Shown: positions 40,234-53,800 of the stretch, in pieces | How positions within the stretch are numbered: the stretch's first letter is position 1 | Layout: each line of letters opens with the position of its first letter | DNA from: Eledone cirrhosa | Taxonomy: Eukaryota | DNA: 64,000 nt | Assembly (NCBI GenBank): GCA_964016885.1 | Contig: OZ024760.1 | Coordinates: 6,138,001 to 6,202,000, forward strand | Reading direction: 5' to 3' | Notes under the pieces: generated by a model | Databases searched by the model: none | Seen by the model: the letters and a program-made list of their open reading frames with translations, nothing else | What the model was told of the DNA's origin: nothing | Position numbers and translations under genes: made by a program

Positions 40234-40400
40234 AATATATATATAAATATATATATATAAATATATATATAAATATAAATATATATATAAATATATATAT
40301 ATAAATATATATATATAAATATATATATAAATATATATATATAAATAAATATATATATATATATAAATATATATATAAATAAATATATATATATATATAA

Positions 40401-40459
<59 letters not shown>

Positions 40460-40474
40460 AATATATATATATAA

Positions 40475-40509
<35 letters not shown>

Positions 40510-40567
40510 AATATATATATATAAATATATATAAATATATATAAATATATATATATAAATATATATA

Positions 40568-40630
<63 letters not shown>

Positions 40631-40926
40631 GGCTCAAAACATAGGTGTTATAAAATGTCTACTCACTCACACACATACGCTCACAGACATACAAGCACAC
40701 ATACACACACAGATAGAGGGAGCTTTTGTCACCAATACATTGGTTGAAAGAGCAATTGTGAGGAAATATGTCCAATTTCCCAGAATTGGCAGAAACAGGA
40801 AATTTATTCAGGAAATAATAATGAAACAAAATTGAACACAAACAATGCAATAAAATAAAAACGCAAAAATGGCCACATAGGGAAAAAAGCGAGCAAAATT
40901 AATATATATATATGTGTGAGTATATA

Positions 40927-41315
<389 letters not shown>

Positions 41316-41322
41316 GTGTATG

Positions 41323-41363
<41 letters not shown>

Positions 41364-41370
41364 GTGTATG

Positions 41371-41407
<37 letters not shown>

Positions 41408-41446
41408 GTGTATGTATATATATATATGTATATATATATATATGTG

Positions 41447-41499
<53 letters not shown>

Positions 41500-41514
41500 A
41501 TATATATACATATA

Positions 41515-41589
<75 letters not shown>

Positions 41590-41844
41590 ATATATATATA
41601 TATATATAATATATTTGTGTGTATGCTGATGATATATATATATAGATGTATGGTGATGATGGTATATATATGTGTATATATATGTATATATATATATTTG
41701 TATATATGTCTATATATATATGTATGTATATGTATATCTATGTATATGTATATCTATGTATGTATATGTATATATATATATATGTATGTACATGTATATC
41801 TATGTATGTGTATGTATATATGTATATATATATATAACAATGTG

Positions 41845-42125
41845 GAGTCACGTGGCCTAGTGGTAAAGGTGTTGGACTTACGATCATAATGTCATGAGCT
41901 CGATTCCTGGGCTGTGTGTTGTGTTCTTGAGCAAAACACTTCATTTCATGTTGCTCCAGTATACTCAGCTGAAAATGAGTACCAGCAATAGCTGGGGGTT
42001 TAACCCTGTGATGGACTGGTGTCCTGTCCAGGGGGGAGTCTTGTACTCTCAATCGCTTCATGCCATGAAACCGGGATAAACATCGGCCAAATGAGCCTTC
42101 TGGTTTAAAACGGACTTTAGACTTT
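41845..42125 (+). mobile_element. tRNA-derived CORE-like SINE
   Basis: A box tggcctagtgg, B box-like gctcgattcc, ttcttgagcaaaacactt, ctcagctgaaaatgagtacc. Confidence 0.7.
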
Positions 42126-42984
42126 TTAGATATATAACAATATGTATGTATATATATAAATATATATATATATGTGTGTGTGTGAGTGTGTATATATAAA
42201 TGTATATATATTAGAAAAAAACGAGGAAGTTTCGTTTATATGTATATGGTATTTATTTTGTATCTACCTGTTCCGCATGTTTCACAGAGGATTGGCTCAA
42301 GGTGACCCATAGGAGTTATGGACCTGACTCCAGTATCGACCTGCTCTTCAGACTGGCTATGTGACAAAAAAAAAATCTGTATATATATATATATATAGAA
42401 ACAGTTCTAGTCCTGTAGAAGTCATTTCTATATTAAATATTTGTACTCTGCTATGTATTGAGTACCTTACTTACTGCTGTTATTCCCAAGTGAACCCAGG
42501 ATAAACACAGACACACACACACATATATATACACACACACATGTATATATATATATATATATCTTCCTAACTCTATCTCATTCCCTCCATCCACGCCCAC
42601 CTCTAAAAAATGAAAATAAAAATAAAAGTTACAGAAGAAATATTGTCTGCCAAGAGAGAGAAAGAAACAAATTTGTTGGTTGCATCAGACAATATTAAGA
42701 ATTTTCTGGAAGGAAGGATAAAAAATAAAATAATAATAATAATAAAAAGAAATGATAAAAAAATATGGATAAGAAATGAAAAATAAGAAGGGAGGAAGCA
42801 ATGATAGAAATTTCGGTAAGAACTGTTAGTGGAATTCCATGGAATGGATGAAAATATATCAGAGAGGAAAGCGATGTGTAAATTGTATTGAGCAGCAAAC
42901 ATGATTTATATAATAGAATATTTGATGTCTTAACCCTTGTAATACAAAACTGTCTTGCAGCTGGACCTTCATATCATGACGGTC

Positions 42985-43046
<62 letters not shown>

Positions 43047-43196
43047 TTATATATATATGTGTGTGTTTATAGATATGTGTTTGTGTGTATATGTATGTTT
43101 GTCTGTATATATATGTATGTCTGTATATATATGTATGTGTGTGTGATTGCATGTTCTGTATGTGTGTGGGTATCTTTGTATGTGTGTGTGTATATA

Positions 43197-43259
<63 letters not shown>

Positions 43260-43405
43260 TTATATATATATGTGTGTGTTTATAGATATGTGTTTGTGTG
43301 TATATGTATGTTTGTCTGTATATATATGTATGTCTGTATATATATGTATGTGTGTGTGATTGCATGTTCTGTATGTGTGTGGGTATCTTTGTATGTGTGT
43401 GTGTA

Positions 43406-43441
<36 letters not shown>

Positions 43442-44743
43442 AATATGTGTGTGTGTGTGTATAGGTATGTGTTTGTGTGTATATGTATGTTTGTCTCTAT
43501 ATATATGTATGTGTGTGTGATTGCATGTTCTGTATATATGTGTGTGGATATCTTTGTATGTGTGTGTGTATATATGTGTGTATAAATATATATATAAATG
43601 TGTGTGTGTATATAAATGTGTGTGTATAGATATGTGTTTGTGTGTATATGTATGTTTGTCTGTATATGTATGTTTGTCTGTATATATATGTATGTGTGTG
43701 TGTGTGATTGTATGTTCTGTATATATGTGTGTATATATATGTGTATGTGTGGGGTGTATATGTATGTGTATGTGGTGTGCATATGATTGTATGTTCTGTA
43801 TATGTGTGTATGTGTGTATGTTCTGTATATGTGTGTGTATATGTTTCTATGTTTTCTATATGTGGGTGGGTTTATTTGTATATGTGTGTGTTTGTGCGTA
43901 TGTGACTGTATGTTCTTTGATTATGTGTGTGCATGTATATGTGTGTATATATACATGTGCACACACACATGTGCACACATTATCATCATCATCCTCATTT
44001 AACGTTTCCTTTCCTTGTTAGTAAAGGGTTAGATATGTGGTTAACAGACCAGGTCCATCCTCAACGCGGAGGTGTTGACCCTTGGTTGATTGGGAGCGTG
44101 CATATTATTCACATCCCTGCACCCTCCCCTGTATTTAGTTGGGCTGGCAGCCCAAAACTTGCTTTCATAGGATACTGTGCTCAACTAAGTACATTTTATC
44201 ATGTCACCAACACTAGGGAGGTTGTCTTCTCTTTGTCATAGGTGACAGGTCAATCTGACCCTGTGTTTGGCAGGTTTTCTATGGCTGGTTGCTGTTCTTA
44301 TCACCAACCACTTTACAGAGTGTACTGGGTGCATTTATTGTCTAAATCACCAACACTAGGAAGGTTAGCTGAAGAATCATCCTGACTCTTTGTTTGGCAG
44401 GTTTTCTATGACTGGTTGCCATTCCTAAGGCAAAGGTTCTTACATATATATAATTATGATAGAAGAGCTTAAATTAAGTAGAAACTCCTTAATCCTTTAT
44501 CATTTACATTACTCTATATATTCTAATGTACTTTTGTGGTTAAGGCTTTATCTTACATAACTATCTCTACAAGATTTTGATGTTTTTTATTTTGAGAACA
44601 ATACCTTGATGTCAGTATGAGTAGCCAGTTACAGCTAGTTTGATCAGAAACAGATGAGAGATTTCTGGCCAGATATGGCCGGTTTAAATGCTAAAGGGGT
44701 AAAATATAGAGTTTTGTATCATAAAGGCAGGGATGGTTTATAC

Positions 44744-45457
44744 CAGGTTTTCCCAACCTCGGTGATATCGCCCACCTGTGGTGATTTTAACTCTTGAGTG
44801 GGCGATGAACAATTGAACAGAAAATGGTGGGCAATTGGTAGATGATATATGATTTTGAATATCAAGAAGGTATTTCAACATATGCTACCCGACAAAAAAA
44901 TATTTAAAGGAGATATGCAAAGAACCTGTATACAAAAAAAAACAAAACAGGCTAAATAGGAATTTAAAAAAAACAGCAACAAATTTTGACCAATATTTTG
45001 GGTATACTTTTGAATATTTACTAAGTAGTTGGGCCGTGGAAAATTTATCCATGTAAAAGTGGGCGATGATGCAAAAAAGGTTGGCAACCAGGAATGGTTT
45101 AGATCAGTGGGGTGCATACCCCACTGGGGGACAATTTGAAAATGATGTTAATGAGAACAAACTTGAGGTTTTACTGTATTACTTTTACACCAAAGCAACT
45201 TTGCAACAAATTACTGTCAGAAACTCCTGTCTCATCTCCTCCACACGTTATTGTACATCTGGCACCACATATACAAAGGCAACCAGAAACTCCTGTCTCA
45301 CCCCCTCCACATGTTATTGTGCATCTGGCATCACCCATACGTCAATTTGTTTACACTTTGTAGTTGATCATCACTGTTTTTATATCAAAGTGGGGCATAA
45401 AAATGTTTGAAATGTTGAAGTGGGGCATGGTGCACAAAAGGTTGGGAATCAGAGATG
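44744..45457 (+). mobile_element. Two tandem hAT (Charlie/Buster-like) MITEs
   Basis: Ends caggttttcccaacct / aggttggcaacc and cagtgg / aaggttgggaatc; 8-bp flanks gtttatac (44736), gtttagat (45097), gtttagat (45458). Confidence 0.6.
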
Positions 45458-45894
45458 GTTTAGATGTTTTAAAGGGCCTGATATCAAAAGGAGTAAAATA
45501 AATCTTTAAATATTAGATTTATGATATAAAAACTGCTGTTGTTGGGAGAAAATAGAAGTGCCAGGAGTTTCAAGTGGAAGGAAGGAAAGGGGATGTGGTG
45601 CTGTTGGTGGTGGTGGTTGGTTATAAACCTGAAGACTACTTGGGCAGAAGTGGTGGAAAGTAATTGTTAGGATATTTGAATGTCACAAAGGGATGAGATA
45701 AGTGTATTGGGAAATATACCCAAGAGGTATTGTCTGATTGTCTGGTCTACGAAAGTATGGGACAAATGTGAAAATGATGATGATGTTGATGATGACAATG
45801 ATCATGATGATGATAATACTGATGTTGATGATGATGATAAAGATTTAAAGTGTATATATTGAAATTGAAACCATCTCTTAATTAAAAAATATTC

Positions 45895-46180
45895 AGCTAT
45901 GTTGGTACCACAACATCCAGTCCTAAATAAATGAGGTCGTGTAGGTGTCACGACAAAAAAACACACAGTCCACGCTGTAATGTGGCCGTGTAGGTAACAC
46001 GGTAAAAACCTCCCAGTCCACACTGTAAACGGGGTTGGTGTTAGGAAGGGAATCCAGCCGTAGAAAACCCGCCAGACAGTCCTATACGAGCAAGACGACC
46101 AATCTTGCCTCAAGTGGGACAATTCACGTCCAGACCCATGCTAGCGTGGAAGATGGACATTAAACGATGATGATGATAAT
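45895..46180 (+). mobile_element. RTE family B 3' UTR fragment
   Basis: Matches 48762-48860 plus 56561-56750; (gat)n tail. Confidence 0.85.
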
Positions 46181-46454
46181 GATGAAAATTATGTAACCTT
46201 ATTGGAAGTCCTTTAAACATTTGTATGTTATATATATATATATATAGTTGTTGATTCTTTGTTATCTATAATATATATATATATAAAGGATAACAGTTTC
46301 CGAAGATCTGATAGAGCTAACATCGTATTTAAAATTGAGTGACAGTGCTTCTAGTGTTCAGCAATTTTTAGACAACTTTATCAGTGAAACAATTGTTAGA
46401 CTGCAAATAAATCCCCTTTTTTGTACTGTTGACCATGTTATTCTCCACTTTTTC

Positions 46455-46515
<61 letters not shown>

Positions 46516-48032
46516 AAAAAGCAAAGGAGTTTCCTTTACATGTATCAAATATTTATTGCGTATCAAACTGTTACGCGTGCATACACACACACACATACAC
46601 ATGGACACACACACACACACACATATATAAAAGAAAAAAAATATGGTGCTTAAAATTATGTTGTAATGTTTGTGAAGATCATATTTAGAAATATGTTGAA
46701 TTATACAAGTGATGTTGTGTGAACTACTGGTGTTGGTGGTGGTGCTGGTGGTGTTGGTGCTGGTGGTGGTGGTGGTAGTGTTGGTGGTGCTGGTGGTGGT
46801 GGTGGTGGTGGTGGTAGTGGTGGTGGTGGTGTTGGTGGTGGTGTTGGTGCTGGTGGTGGTGGTGGTAGTGTTGGTGGTGCTGGTGGTGGTGGTGGTAGTG
46901 GTGGTGGTGGTGGTGGTAGTGGTGGTGCTGGTGGTGTTGGTGGTAGTGGTGGTGGTGTTGGTGTTGGTGGTGGTGGTGGTGTCAGTGATGGTGGTGGTGG
47001 TAGTGATGGTGCTGTTGGTGATGGTGGTGGTGGTGCTGATGGTGGTACTGATGGTGCTGGTGGTGGTGGTGTTGGTGTTGCTTCTGGTGGTGGTGGTGCT
47101 GGTGGTGGTGCTGGTGGTGGTGGTGCTGCTGCTACTGCTGCATGGCTACCAAAATGGAAGCAGACACCACAATAAAGTCAGTATTTTCACTTCACAGCTC
47201 CATACTGGAAATAACAAAAATTTGCTTCATAAATTTTTTATTTCCTATCACATCTTTTGATGTGTTCTAGTTCCAATATGGATAATGGTAATTATAATGA
47301 TGATGGTGGGGCGGTGGTGGTGGTGGTGATAATGATAATGGGGGTGGTGGTGATAGTGATAATGGGGGTGGTGGTGGTAGTGATGGTGGTGGTGGTGATG
47401 GGGGTGGTGGTGGTAATGATGGTGGTGGTGGTGGTGGTAGTGATGGTGGTGGTGATAGTGATGGTGGGGGTGGTGGTGGTGGTAGTGATAGTGATGATGG
47501 GGGTGGTGGTAGTGATGGTGGTGGTAGTGATGGTGGTGGTGATAGTGATGATGGGGGTGGTGGTGGTGGTGATAGTGATGATGGGGGTGGTGGTAGTAGT
47601 GATGGTGGTGGTGATGATGGTGATAGTGATAATGGGGGTGGTGGTGGTGATAGTGATAATGGGGGTGGTGGTGGTAGTGATGGTGGTGGTGATAATGATG
47701 GTGATGATGGTGGTGGTGATAGTGATAATGGGGGTGGTGGTGGTAGTGATGGTGGTGGTGATAGTGATGGTGATGATGGTGGTGGTGGTGGTGATATTTA
47801 TGATGATTGGGGGTGGTAGTACGATGGTGATGATGATAGTGGTGGTGGTGGTGGTGATGGCGATGATGATAATGATGGTGGTGATAGTGATGATGACGAT
47901 GGGGGTGGTGGTGATTGTGATGGTTTCTGTATTAACCACAAAGGGTTCACACAAAAACAACATTAAAAGCTTGCACAGTACGATACAGTTATAGGGTTTC
48001 TTTTATGTCATTCAATAAAAACACCAGGATTT

Positions 48033-48092
48033 TTTCATTCTGACGACTGAAAGCAGATTTGTTTGCTTTCAAGAAACCACTGGTAAATGAAA
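48033..48092 (+). ncRNA. Type I hammerhead ribozyme motif
   Basis: Stem I TTTCATT/AATGAAA (7 bp), core CTGACGA (48040-48046), stem II TGAAAGCAGA-tttg-TTTGCTTTCA, GAAA, stem III ACC-act-GGT, GUA triplet with predicted cleavage after 48085. Confidence 0.75.
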
Positions 48093-48182
48093 TAATTATC
48101 TTACGTTGTTTATTACATAACTATATATATGTGTATAATTAACATACATACATGCATAATATATATATATATATAGAGAGAG

Positions 48183-48861
48183 AGAGCTTATACCACTATT
48201 GGCCGCTAAAGGGTTCTCTATAAAAATGAAAGGCAGGCTGTATGATGCCTGCATACGAACAGCAATGTTACATGGCAGTGAGACCTGGCCATTGTGTGCA
48301 GAGGATATACACAGACTAGAGAGGAACGAAGCTTGCATGCTCCGCTGGATGTGTAATAGTAATATACGTGAACGGCAAAGCATAAATGAACTAAGTGAGA
48401 AATTAGGAATAAGAGGGATCAGATGTTGTTTACTCGAGAGAAGACTACGTTGGTATGGTCACGTGATGCGCATGAAAGGCGACAGCTCTATAAAAAAGTG
48501 CAGGGCGATAAAAATAGACGGTAGCCACGGAGTAGGCAGACCCAGAAAAACCTGGGACGATCTGATAAATTCCGACCTCACACACTTACACCTCTCCAAG
48601 ACAATGTCACTGGACCGAGATCTTTGGCACTACACAGTAATACAGAAGACCCACCTTGGCTAAGTACAAAGCGAAACCTACAGTCAGTAGGCACCTCTTA
48701 ACAAAAATACACCCCGTCCCACTACCCCCACCCCATCCACACCACCCCTTTTGATGCAAAGTTATGTTGGTACCACAACATCCAGGCCGAAACAAACGAG
48801 GTCGTGTAGGTGTCACGACAAAAAACACACACAGTACACGCTGTAATAAGGCCATGTAGGT
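48183..48861 (+). mobile_element. RTE family B, 5'-truncated; left part, split by the hAT insertion
   Basis: ORF 48199-48663 (KGRLYDACIRTAMLHGSETW...LRWYGHVMRM...GRPRKTW); the UTR continues at 56561. Confidence 0.92.
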
Positions 48862-50837
48862 CAGTGGTCGCCAACCTTTCTAAAACCGAGGAACCCTCTA
48901 AATATTTTGAATTCTTCACGGAACCTATACAATACAAAACTTTTCAAAAAAAAAATAATAAAGTATTTATTTATTTTAGTGTTTCATGCGTGTGTATGTA
49001 ATCGAACACAATTAACTAGTGGCTTTTCTGCTGTTGCCCCTCATCAGTGAGTTTAGAAAATCGAGGTTCAACACTAGTTAATGCCAGTCTCATACACTCG
49101 TCAATTGCTGACAGTTTATTCATCTTCTTTGTGCTGATTTCTACCAACTGCGAAAACCGTTTTTCGCACAAGTAGCTAGATGGGAATAAAGTCAAATATT
49201 TCAATGCAAGTTGGTTGATTTCATTAAACTACCCAATCAAGAATAAATCGATCCATAGTTCTTTCTTTCTGCTTTCGAATATCACTTTCAGGTCTTCGTT
49301 TGAATTCAAATCCATCAACTGATGTAAGCATTGTGCAGGTAGTAAATTTTTACAATTTCCAGCGTCATTTTCTGACACTAACTGCTCGATCTCGGTGAAT
49401 GGGTTTTTTATCCATAAATTTCCGCTAACAATATCTTTTTCCATCAAGTCAAAATAATCTGAAAAACTTGTGGAAAGCACATTTAAATGAGAAAGAATAA
49501 TCTTCTTTAGATTGCTGGAATCAAAATCTTCTCTCTTTTTAAGCTCTATTTCAAGGTTTGAAAGTAATGAGTAATTGTCCGATTCAATTCTTTGTATAAA
49601 GATGTTTAATTTTGATTGAAAATATGTAATAAAATTGATTGAAGTAAAAATATCTGCATTGTTACCCTGAAAACACTTATTTAGTTTGTTCAGTTCACCA
49701 AAAATGTCTACTAAATAAGCGAGTTGCACATTCCATTCATTGGTTTCTAATACACTTGCTCTTTCATCATTCTGTTTTTTTAGAAAAACTATTATTTCTT
49801 CTCTCAGTTCAAAAACTCTCTTCATAGCATCCCCAAAAGACAGCCAACGCACATCATTGTTCAATAACAATCTATTATAATTACTTCCAGAAGATTCACA
49901 AATAGATTCAAACATTCTAGAATTTTTTGCTCTTGCATGGATCAAATTGATAATTTTGACAATGTCTTTCAGCTGGTCATTTAATATTTGAGCATCTCTG
50001 TCTTTGAATTTTTTTGAACACAAAACCTCTCGATGAATCATACAATGATTTGAAATACAATTTGGGGTCTGTTCTTTAATTTTTGCAATCAAACCAGAAT
50101 TTTTACCAGTCATTGCAGCTGCTCCATCTGTTGTTATTGAAGTCAACTTGCTCCAAGATACACCAATTTTTAAAAAATATTCTTCAATTTTATTGAATAT
50201 ATCTTGACCTTTAGTTGTGATGTCTAATACCAGACAAAACAAATATTCTTCTACTAATTCTTTTTTATCAAGGTCTACAATACAAACTGTACATAGCAAA
50301 TTAATTGATCCTTGTTATTAATATCCGTAGTTTCGTCCACTTGCAGACCAAAACATGTGCTTTTCTTTAGTGCAGTTAGTATCTGATTTTCTATATCAGA
50401 AGAAATATCAATTATCCCTCTTTTTACGGTATTTGCTGACAATGGTAACTGGCTTAATTTTTCTTTGTCCTTAATACTGCAGCTTTCAAAAAGATTATCT
50501 GTAGCAATTTTTATACTTGGCAGAATTAACTGTTCTCCTAATGTAAATGGTTTCTTGTTTTTACCAATCAAATGTGAAATTTCAAAAGATGTTCTTGTTA
50601 AAGCTTTATTTCTATCTGACTTTTTACAAAACAAGTCATACATATTAGCTTGTGATTTTTTGATGTTGTTTGATGTAAAGTATTCCAGTGACTTGTTTTT
50701 ATCATTGGTGTGATTAGTATCAAGGTGTCTTTTAAGTTTTGCAGGATTTAAACAGCTATTTGATAGAACTTTTGAACATAGCAAACACATGGGCTGATCT
50801 GGTGTATCTTTTTTAGTGTCAGCTTTTTGAAATCCAT

Positions 50838-53800
50838 CATCATCATCATCATCGTTTTACGTCCGTTCTTCCACGCTAGCATGGGTTAGACGGGTTGTCC
50901 TGTTGTGGGCAGTGTCTGGTCGGCTGACCATGCCTTGCTCATACAGGAACTGATCTGGCTTGATTTCTACAGCTGGATGCCCTTCCTAACACCAACCTCA
51001 TTTACAGTGAGTGCTGGGTGCTTTTTCGTGGCGCCTACACGTCCACTTTACAGTGAGTGCTGGGTGCTTTTTCGTGGCGCCTACACGTCCACTTTACAGT
51101 GTGGGCTGGGTGCTTTTTTGCCGTGGCACCTCCACGGCCACCTTGCGGTGGAGGGGGGGGGGCATATTGTTTATATGCTTCAGCATGTACCCATGGGAGG
51201 TCGGGTACCCTGTATTACTGCGTGACGCCAGAAGTCACGGTCGTGTGTCATTGACTTTGAGAGGTGTAGTTGGGTAAGGTCGGCTTTTATCACCTCATCC
51301 CAAGTCATCTTGGGTCTCCCCACTCCGCGGTTTCCATCAACTTCTAGTGCTCTGCACCTTTTTATGCAGCTGTCATCCTTCATACGCATCACATGTCCAT
51401 ACCAGCGTAACCGCCTCTCCTGCACGCAGCATTTGATTCCTCTTATGCTCAGTCTCTCTCTCAATTCCTTTATGCTTTGTCGTTCACGTATATTACTGTT
51501 ACACATCCATCGGAGCATGCAGGCTTCGTTTCTCTCTAATCTACGTAAGTCTTCCACCTTCAGCGCCCAGGTCTCACTACCATGCAACATCGCTGTTCGG
51601 ATACACGCATCATACAGTCTGCCTTTCATTCTGAGGGAGAAGCCTTTTGCAGCTAGCAGTGGTAGTAGTTCCCTAAACTTCTTCCATCCCGTTCTTACCC
51701 TAGTTATTGTACTTTCTGAGCACCCACCTCCGTTGCTAATTCGGTCACCTAGGTAGCAGAAGCTGTCTACTGTTTCTACAGGGCCCTCCCAGAGATTGGT
51801 GGTACTTGTTTCCTGTGGCTGTTTGCTTGCTGTTTCAGCACAGCTGCTGCATGTGAATCCTACATTCTTAATTAAGCTTCCTGAGATCCCGCTACATCTC
51901 TTGTGTACCCATTGTTTGCATTTGGGGCAGAGAATGGAGTTTCTACCTACACCTTTCCTACATACTGAGCAAGGCCATTTCCCTGAGGGGATCTGGGTTC
52001 TGTTTTCTCGTCTACTTACAAGGACCTTAGTCTTTGTCATGTTGACTTTGAGGCCCTTTCTCTCTAGTCCCTGCTTCCAGGTTTGGAATTTATTCTCTAG
52101 TTCTACCATAGATTCAGCTATGAGTGCGAGGTCATCAGCATACAGGAGTTCCCATGGGCATCCGGTCTTAAACTCCTCCGTTATTGCCTGCAGGACTATA
52201 ATGAACAGGAGAGGGCTAAGAACAGAGCCCTGGTGGACCCCAACCTGTACGCTAAATTCCTCGCTATACTCATTGCCAATCCTAACTTTGCTGACTGCTC
52301 CCCTATACATGGCTTGTACCGCTTTCACAAGCCATTCATCTACTCCTAGTTTTCTAAGAGCCCACCAGATTACTGCACGTGGAACTCTGTCAAAGGCTTT
52401 CTCAAGGTCGACAAATGCCAAGTAGAGTGGCTTACTTTTAGCTAGGTACTTTTCCTGTAATTGCCTCACAAGGAAGAGGGCATCAGTGGTGCCTTTCCCT
52501 GGTACAAACCCAAATTGCATCTCGTCTATATTCACCCGGTCCCTAATCAGCTGTGCTATAACTCTTTCTGTTACTTTCATGACCTGGTCCATCAACTTTA
52601 TACCTCTATAGTTTCCTCTATCTAGTGCATCGCCTTTACCTTTGTAGCAGTTGACAATGATGCTACTGCACCAATCTTTTGGTATGGCCCCCTCTAGTAT
52701 TACCTGGTTAACGATACGTGTGGTTATAGTGTGACCTACAGACCCAGATGCCTTCAGCATCTCGGCAGCTATACCCGATGGACCGGTTGCCTTCCCTATC
52801 TTCATATCTCTGATTGCCTTACTTACTACGCTGCCGCTGACTTGTACTGCTGGTCCCTCTATAGGGTCTACGTGGGGTAGGGTCTCTTCTTCCCATGCAT
52901 TCTCCTCATTTAGTAATCTATCATAATGACTCTTCCATGCATCTTTCTTCTCAGCACTTGTGAGGGCAAGCTCACCTTTATCATTCCGGATACACTTCTC
53001 TCCAATGACATCACAACTATCTCTGACACACTGCCTCGCAATCTTGAATACCTCCTGTTTCTGGTCCTCACGTTGTAAAACATGCTTGAATTTTCTATCC
53101 TCTGCTTCCCTCCTAGCTAAGTATACTTGTCGCCTAGCTTCCCTCTTGGTCTCTATGTAATGTACCCTGCTCCCCCCGTTCTTCCATTCTTTCCATGCCT
53201 GTCTCTTGGCCTTGACTGCTTCATCTACCTTATTGTTCCACCACCAAGTCACTCTCCTCCTGCTTGAGGTCTTACTCCAGCCACAAACCTCATCCGTCGC
53301 CTCTAGTAAGTTATTTTTTAGGAACTCCCAGTTCTCTTCTACGTTAAATGTCTCTATCTGTTCTTCTTTACTGTCGTAGGCGTTGAGTAAAATATCTTTA
53401 AATCTGTTACTGGTTGAGGGGACTTTCAGCTTCCAGATCTTTCTTCTCCAGGTTGGCCTCTGTTTCAGGGCTCGTCTAGTTCTGACCGTGAGGTCGCTGA
53501 CAACTAAGCTATGTTGGGATGTACATTCCTCACTAGGGAAGGCTTTTGTGTTTACGACCGTCCATCTGTCACGTCCTCTGATGAGGATAAAATCTAACTG
53601 ACTAGAGTGCTCCCCTGATCTATAGGTGATCAGGTGGTTGTCGGGTTTTTTAAAGTTTGTGTTACATATCGACATGTCATTGGCGTCGCAGAATTCTAGA
53701 AGTCTGAATCCTTCCTCATTCCTTGTGCCAACTCCATGGCCTCCATGTACTCTATTGAAGCCGTCGCAGTGTTTACCTACGTGTCCGTTAAAATCTCCTG

